This document shows, piece after piece, positions 60,718 through 64,000 of a stretch of 64,000 nt of DNA. The notes beneath the pieces are model-generated. The model saw nothing but the letters and a program-made list of their open reading frames with translations, ran no database searches and was not told the DNA's origin. Location of the stretch: NCBI GenBank assembly GCA_050506795.1, contig JBJHCF010000002.1:32001-96000 (forward strand). Reading direction: 5' to 3'. Each line of letters begins with the position of its first letter. Within the stretch, counting starts at the first letter, position 1. The DNA comes from Opitutia bacterium (GTDB lineage Bacteria > Verrucomicrobiota > Verrucomicrobiia > Opitutales > T3Sed10-336). The translations under genes and the position numbers were made by a program.

Positions 60718-61080
60718 TCAAAAAGGAATCTCGTCGTTCCGCTCGCTGTAGTCGCCGGTGTCCTCGGGAATCGGCTCATCCCGAGTTTCGTCCGCGGGGC
60801 GAGATCCTTGATCACCACCCTCCGGTTCCAGGCGCCAGGCGACCAGATTCACAAAATAACGCCCGTTGTATTCGCGTCCATTGACATCGAACCACACCTT
60901 GACCCGCTGCCCGGCCTCAACACCTTCCAGCAAAGCCGCTTTCTCCTTGAGACATTCTAGCTTCACATCCTGGGGAAATTTGTCGTCCGTGGTCAGAACG
61001 AATTCACGTTTGGAAAAGCCGCTGGCGAAGGTTTGGGTATCGAAAACGACTTTGACTGTTCCGCTGATTTCGTAAGCCAT
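60718..61080 (-). CDS. DUF3127 OB-fold (SSB-like) protein
   Basis: [18 protein letters not shown], acidic tail ending DEIPF. Confidence 0.88.
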   Translation of the reverse strand: MAYEISGTVKVVFDTQTFASGFSKREFVLTTDDKFPQDVKLECLKEKAALLEGVEAGQRVKVWFDVNGREYNGRYFVNLVAWRLEPEGGDQGSRPADETRDEPIPEDTGDYSERNDEIPF

Positions 61081-61208
61081 ACCCCCGACTCAAACACGCC
61101 CGCCGCCAATGTCCACCCCGGAAGTCGAAGCGATCCGGAAAATTTCGTGTTGCCAGCCCCCCCGCCTCAAGCTACTCTCCAATCCTTTCACACTTCGGTG
61201 TGACCTCC

Positions 61209-61279
61209 TGCCTGGTGGTGTAACGGTAGCACGACAGACTCTGACTCTGTTTGTCTAGGTTCGAATCCTAGCCGGGCAG
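61209..61279 (+). tRNA. tRNA-Gln(CTG)
   Basis: TGCCTGG/CCGGGCA acceptor stem, D-arm, ACAGA-CTCTGAC-TCTGT anticodon arm, CTAGG-TTCGAAT-CCTAG T-arm; CCA not fully encoded. Confidence 0.96.
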
Positions 61280-61548
61280 CCTTTTTGCCCCGCAAAAAGG
61301 ATGACGGGTGGGATGAGAACCGTGAGGTTCGACGCAGCGAGCGCAGATGGACAACCCGCAGGGTTGGGGCAACGCCCCGAGCAAAGCGGGTGGACAGGGG
61401 GCATGGTTCCCCGACGAAACGTTCAGGCAGGGCCGAAAGGACCGATTGTCGGGCCTGATCGGGCTCTTCTCACCGACAGCCTGCAGCAAGACCGCCAATG
61501 CCGGTTCTCACACCGGCGCCTCGCTGTTTGCTGTGGGTTCCATGGGGG

Positions 61549-61704
61549 GCTGAAGCACGGCACGCCTCGTTAATGGCTCTTCAGCGTAGCTCCGTGCTTC
61601 AGACAGACAATTCTTGACCGGAACCGCCGTTTCCACGCCACATTAGACGCCCGCTTAAGCAGGGCGCTACGAGCTCCGCACTCCCCGTAGGTCCGTGCTT
61701 CAGC
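61549..61704. repeat. GTAG-type REP-like cluster (family C)
   Basis: CGTAG(C/G)TCCGTGCTTCAG at 61585 and 61686; inverted GCTGAAGCACGG at 61549. Confidence 0.6.
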
Positions 61705-61818
61705 TGGACACTTCCGGAAGCGCAAGGTCCCGGAAATCACTGTTTAGGCGCCTACCTGTGATAGCAAAGATCCCGTTTTTTCTGGCGCAACGTCCGCACT
61801 CTGCGGCAATCTGCCCGA

Positions 61819-63660
61819 ATGAATATCCCGATCCGTTCATTGCGATGTTGGACCGTTTGTCATCTCGTTACGTTGTCCGGTCTGCTCCTTTGGGCGCCGG
61901 CGCAGGCCTGGGAGCGGTACCTGCCGGAGCGGGCGCTCTTTTACATGTATGAAGTTGCCGACAAGCACTCTGATGCAAATCGGCACGAGGATGCACGGGA
62001 GATCTTCGAAGAAATTGCGGTGCGATCGCAAGAGTGGGATCTTCCCGCCTACACCTATAGAGCACTGTGGGACCTGGCCGCGTACGAACACCAAGCAGGT
62101 GCATTAGAGGACGCGGCCAAACTCTATGAAGGGGCGCTTGAAAATCTTCGGGAAGCACTGAGAAGAGGGGACGAGCACTATCAAATCGCGGAATGGATGC
62201 TGCTTCGGAACATCCATTCGATTAATCGACGGACCCAGCGCTTGAGTCAGGCATTGCGGATACATCGTGAAAAGGTGGAGGTGGTACGTCGGCTGGTAAC
62301 GGCGGATACTGGAGAGGACGTCACTAATCTGTTCGAAACACCCATTGCCGATCTAGCTGACCCGGAAATCCTTGAGGCCTTGGGAATCCTGATCCTCGAG
62401 GAGAATCGCTACCGATTGATGCAGGGCGAAACGGAAGGGCTCCTCGGAAGCTTGGAACAATTAACGGAACGATTGGAACACATCACCGAACGGACACCCG
62501 CCGTGGAGATGCTCCTTGCCGAAGGCTACAGCGATCAGATTACTTTACTGGCGTTAATGGGTGAACACTCGTCTCTGCGCAAGCCGGTCGAGAAACAGAG
62601 GGCGCTTAACCAGATCGAGCGCGTTTCATATTACACGGATTTTGAGAGGGTGCGATACGCATTCTTGCGATTCTTCGAGACCGGTGACGATCTCGACGGA
62701 GCGTTGGAGGAAGCGCAACTGGGAATCCTGGCGCTGGAGCGGAGCGCTCAATCGAGGGCTGCCGTTTATGCGCGTATTTACCCGATAATGATGCTTGCGA
62801 ACGCGGGGAGGCATGAGGAAGCTCTCACGCTCTTCACGCAGTTGATTGAGGAAGCACGCGAATTCGGGGATTATATCCTGGACAGGGTAAACTCCCACGC
62901 TTCGCTGATTTTCTCAAGATCATTGAGCAAACAAGGTCATGATGAGAAGTTCTGGAATGCACTGAGATCGGTGTGGCGGCGAGGATATTCTGCCGCTGTT
63001 CCGTATGCGTACGAAGACTACGCCCGCTATCATTTCAACACCGGAGCCGTGGACGATGCGATCCGTTATGCCCGCCTTGGCCTGGCCTACAGCGAGATGT
63101 TTGGACCAATCGTAAACACAAGAAACCTGGAGACAGCGATTGATACCTGGCTCGAGAACCTTGACAGCGCCGGGGAAGAACGTGCGATTCGAGAGGTCCC
63201 CTTCGTTGTGCATCAGGAGTCAAGGGATCACGCGATATCAGTACCGGATTTAGCGTTCCGCGCTCCTTTTGATTTCGTACAGATCGAATACATCATTCCG
63301 CTTTCCTCAGAAGAGTCCGGAGCCAACTTTCGGGTGCGCACGAGTGTACCCGTCCGGGTCGAGTTTTTCGATCCGCAGACGAAGCGTTTGATCGCCGTGG
63401 ATGCGAACGGTAACGGCGATTTCAACGACGTGGGGGAAGTGGCCTTTCGCGATTCACGGAATGATGGATTCCCTGAACTTCCATCCGAAGCCGAAACCGG
63501 GGCCCCGGTCCTGAAACTATTCGTCTATCCCGCTGCCAATCCCGATCCGAATGAACCGATCGGTAATCCAGAGCTCACCATCACGCTCGAAATCGAGCGT
63601 AACGGCGAATGGCGAACCTGGGCGAGCACGCGGCTCGTGTATGGGAATGATTCCTTGTAG
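61819..63660 (+). CDS. Secreted TPR-like hypothetical protein
   Basis: Signal-peptide-like start; helical A..Y..AL repeats; C-terminal DANGNGDF Ca-binding-like motif. Confidence 0.7.
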   Translation: MNIPIRSLRCWTVCHLVTLSGLLLWAPAQAWERYLPERALFYMYEVADKHSDANRHEDAREIFEEIAVRSQEWDLPAYTYRALWDLAAYEHQAGALEDAAKLYEGALENLREALRRGDEHYQIAEWMLLRNIHSINRRTQRLSQALRIHREKVEVVRRLVTADTGEDVTNLFETPIADLADPEILEALGILILEENRYRLMQGETEGLLGSLEQLTERLEHITERTPAVEMLLAEGYSDQITLLALMGEHSSLRKPVEKQRALNQIERVSYYTDFERVRYAFLRFFETGDDLDGALEEAQLGILALERSAQSRAAVYARIYPIMMLANAGRHEEALTLFTQLIEEAREFGDYILDRVNSHASLIFSRSLSKQGHDEKFWNALRSVWRRGYSAAVPYAYEDYARYHFNTGAVDDAIRYARLGLAYSEMFGPIVNTRNLETAIDTWLENLDSAGEERAIREVPFVVHQESRDHAISVPDLAFRAPFDFVQIEYIIPLSSEESGANFRVRTSVPVRVEFFDPQTKRLIAVDANGNGDFNDVGEVAFRDSRNDGFPELPSEAETGAPVLKLFVYPAANPDPNEPIGNPELTITLEIERNGEWRTWASTRLVYGNDSL

Positions 63661-63822
63661 CCGGAAAACCCTGGATTTCCCGAAATCCTTAAACACCCGA
63701 CTATCAAAGGATTCTTTAACGCTTTAACCAGGCGGAATCGAGCATACCGAATCGCATCGGCTACTTCCCTGGCACGGCCCCTGGCCATGGTCCCGGATGG
63801 CAACGCGGGTGGGTTGTGATCG

Positions 63823-63845
63823 ACAGGCAGGAATGCCTGTGTCAC
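63823..63845 (-). repeat. REP-like family A copy
   Basis: ACAGGCAGGAATGCCTGTGTCAC, the reverse complement of the 450-472 type. Confidence 0.7.
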
Positions 63846-64000
63846 GCGGCCGGTTATGCCCCACAGAGAGTATGCGTCGCCCCGAACTTCGAGTCCGGGA
63901 GATTAGGGCTTGCGTTTGCGGAAGAGGAGGAATCGACTTGGCGGCTTTTTTTAGCGGATCTCCCGACTGTGAATGCAACGGGTCCGCAACAGGGCAATGA

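Overview
GC-rich bacterial DNA. The gene repertoire (DUF1559/H-X9-DG prepilin, large secreted proteins with a shared C-terminal domain, fused SBP-permease, integrase-tail style) suggests Verrucomicrobiota/Opitutae; this is inference. The left part (<1-34897) looks like the right portion of a genomic island integrated at tRNA-Leu(TAA): it ends in a 3'-half tRNA-Leu duplicate preceded by an IHF consensus. The island holds a dense defence cluster: type I RM (hsdR-hsdM-DUF1016-hsdS) continuing into an ABC-ATPase/TOPRIM gene and a DUF262-HNH-Schlafen(AlbA_2) fusion, then NERD, DUF2971, a coupled 66-aa protein + RloC-like zinc-hook ATPase/HEPN pair, and a TIR-PLD-like gene. The last two units sit next to degenerate attC-like sites, and IS21-end and integrase remnants lie in between. 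The island also carries a 3185-aa mosaic surface protein, an orphan family-A-type polymerase flanked by iteron-like repeats, hairpins and an IHF site, and a radC-orf-orf-HTH operon with a palindromic operator. The right part (35-64 kb) looks chromosomal: secreted M11-like metallopeptidase, GAF protein, prepilin + triple-LamG protein, DedA/VTT, cupin, NamZ with an Opp-type ABC transporter (SBP-permease fusion), cNMP membrane protein + REC-PAS-GGDEF-EAL, DUF3127, tRNA-Gln(CTG) and a TPR-like protein, plus several REP-like repeat families. No CRISPR array or rRNA was seen. All family assignments are from motif reading by eye, not database searches.
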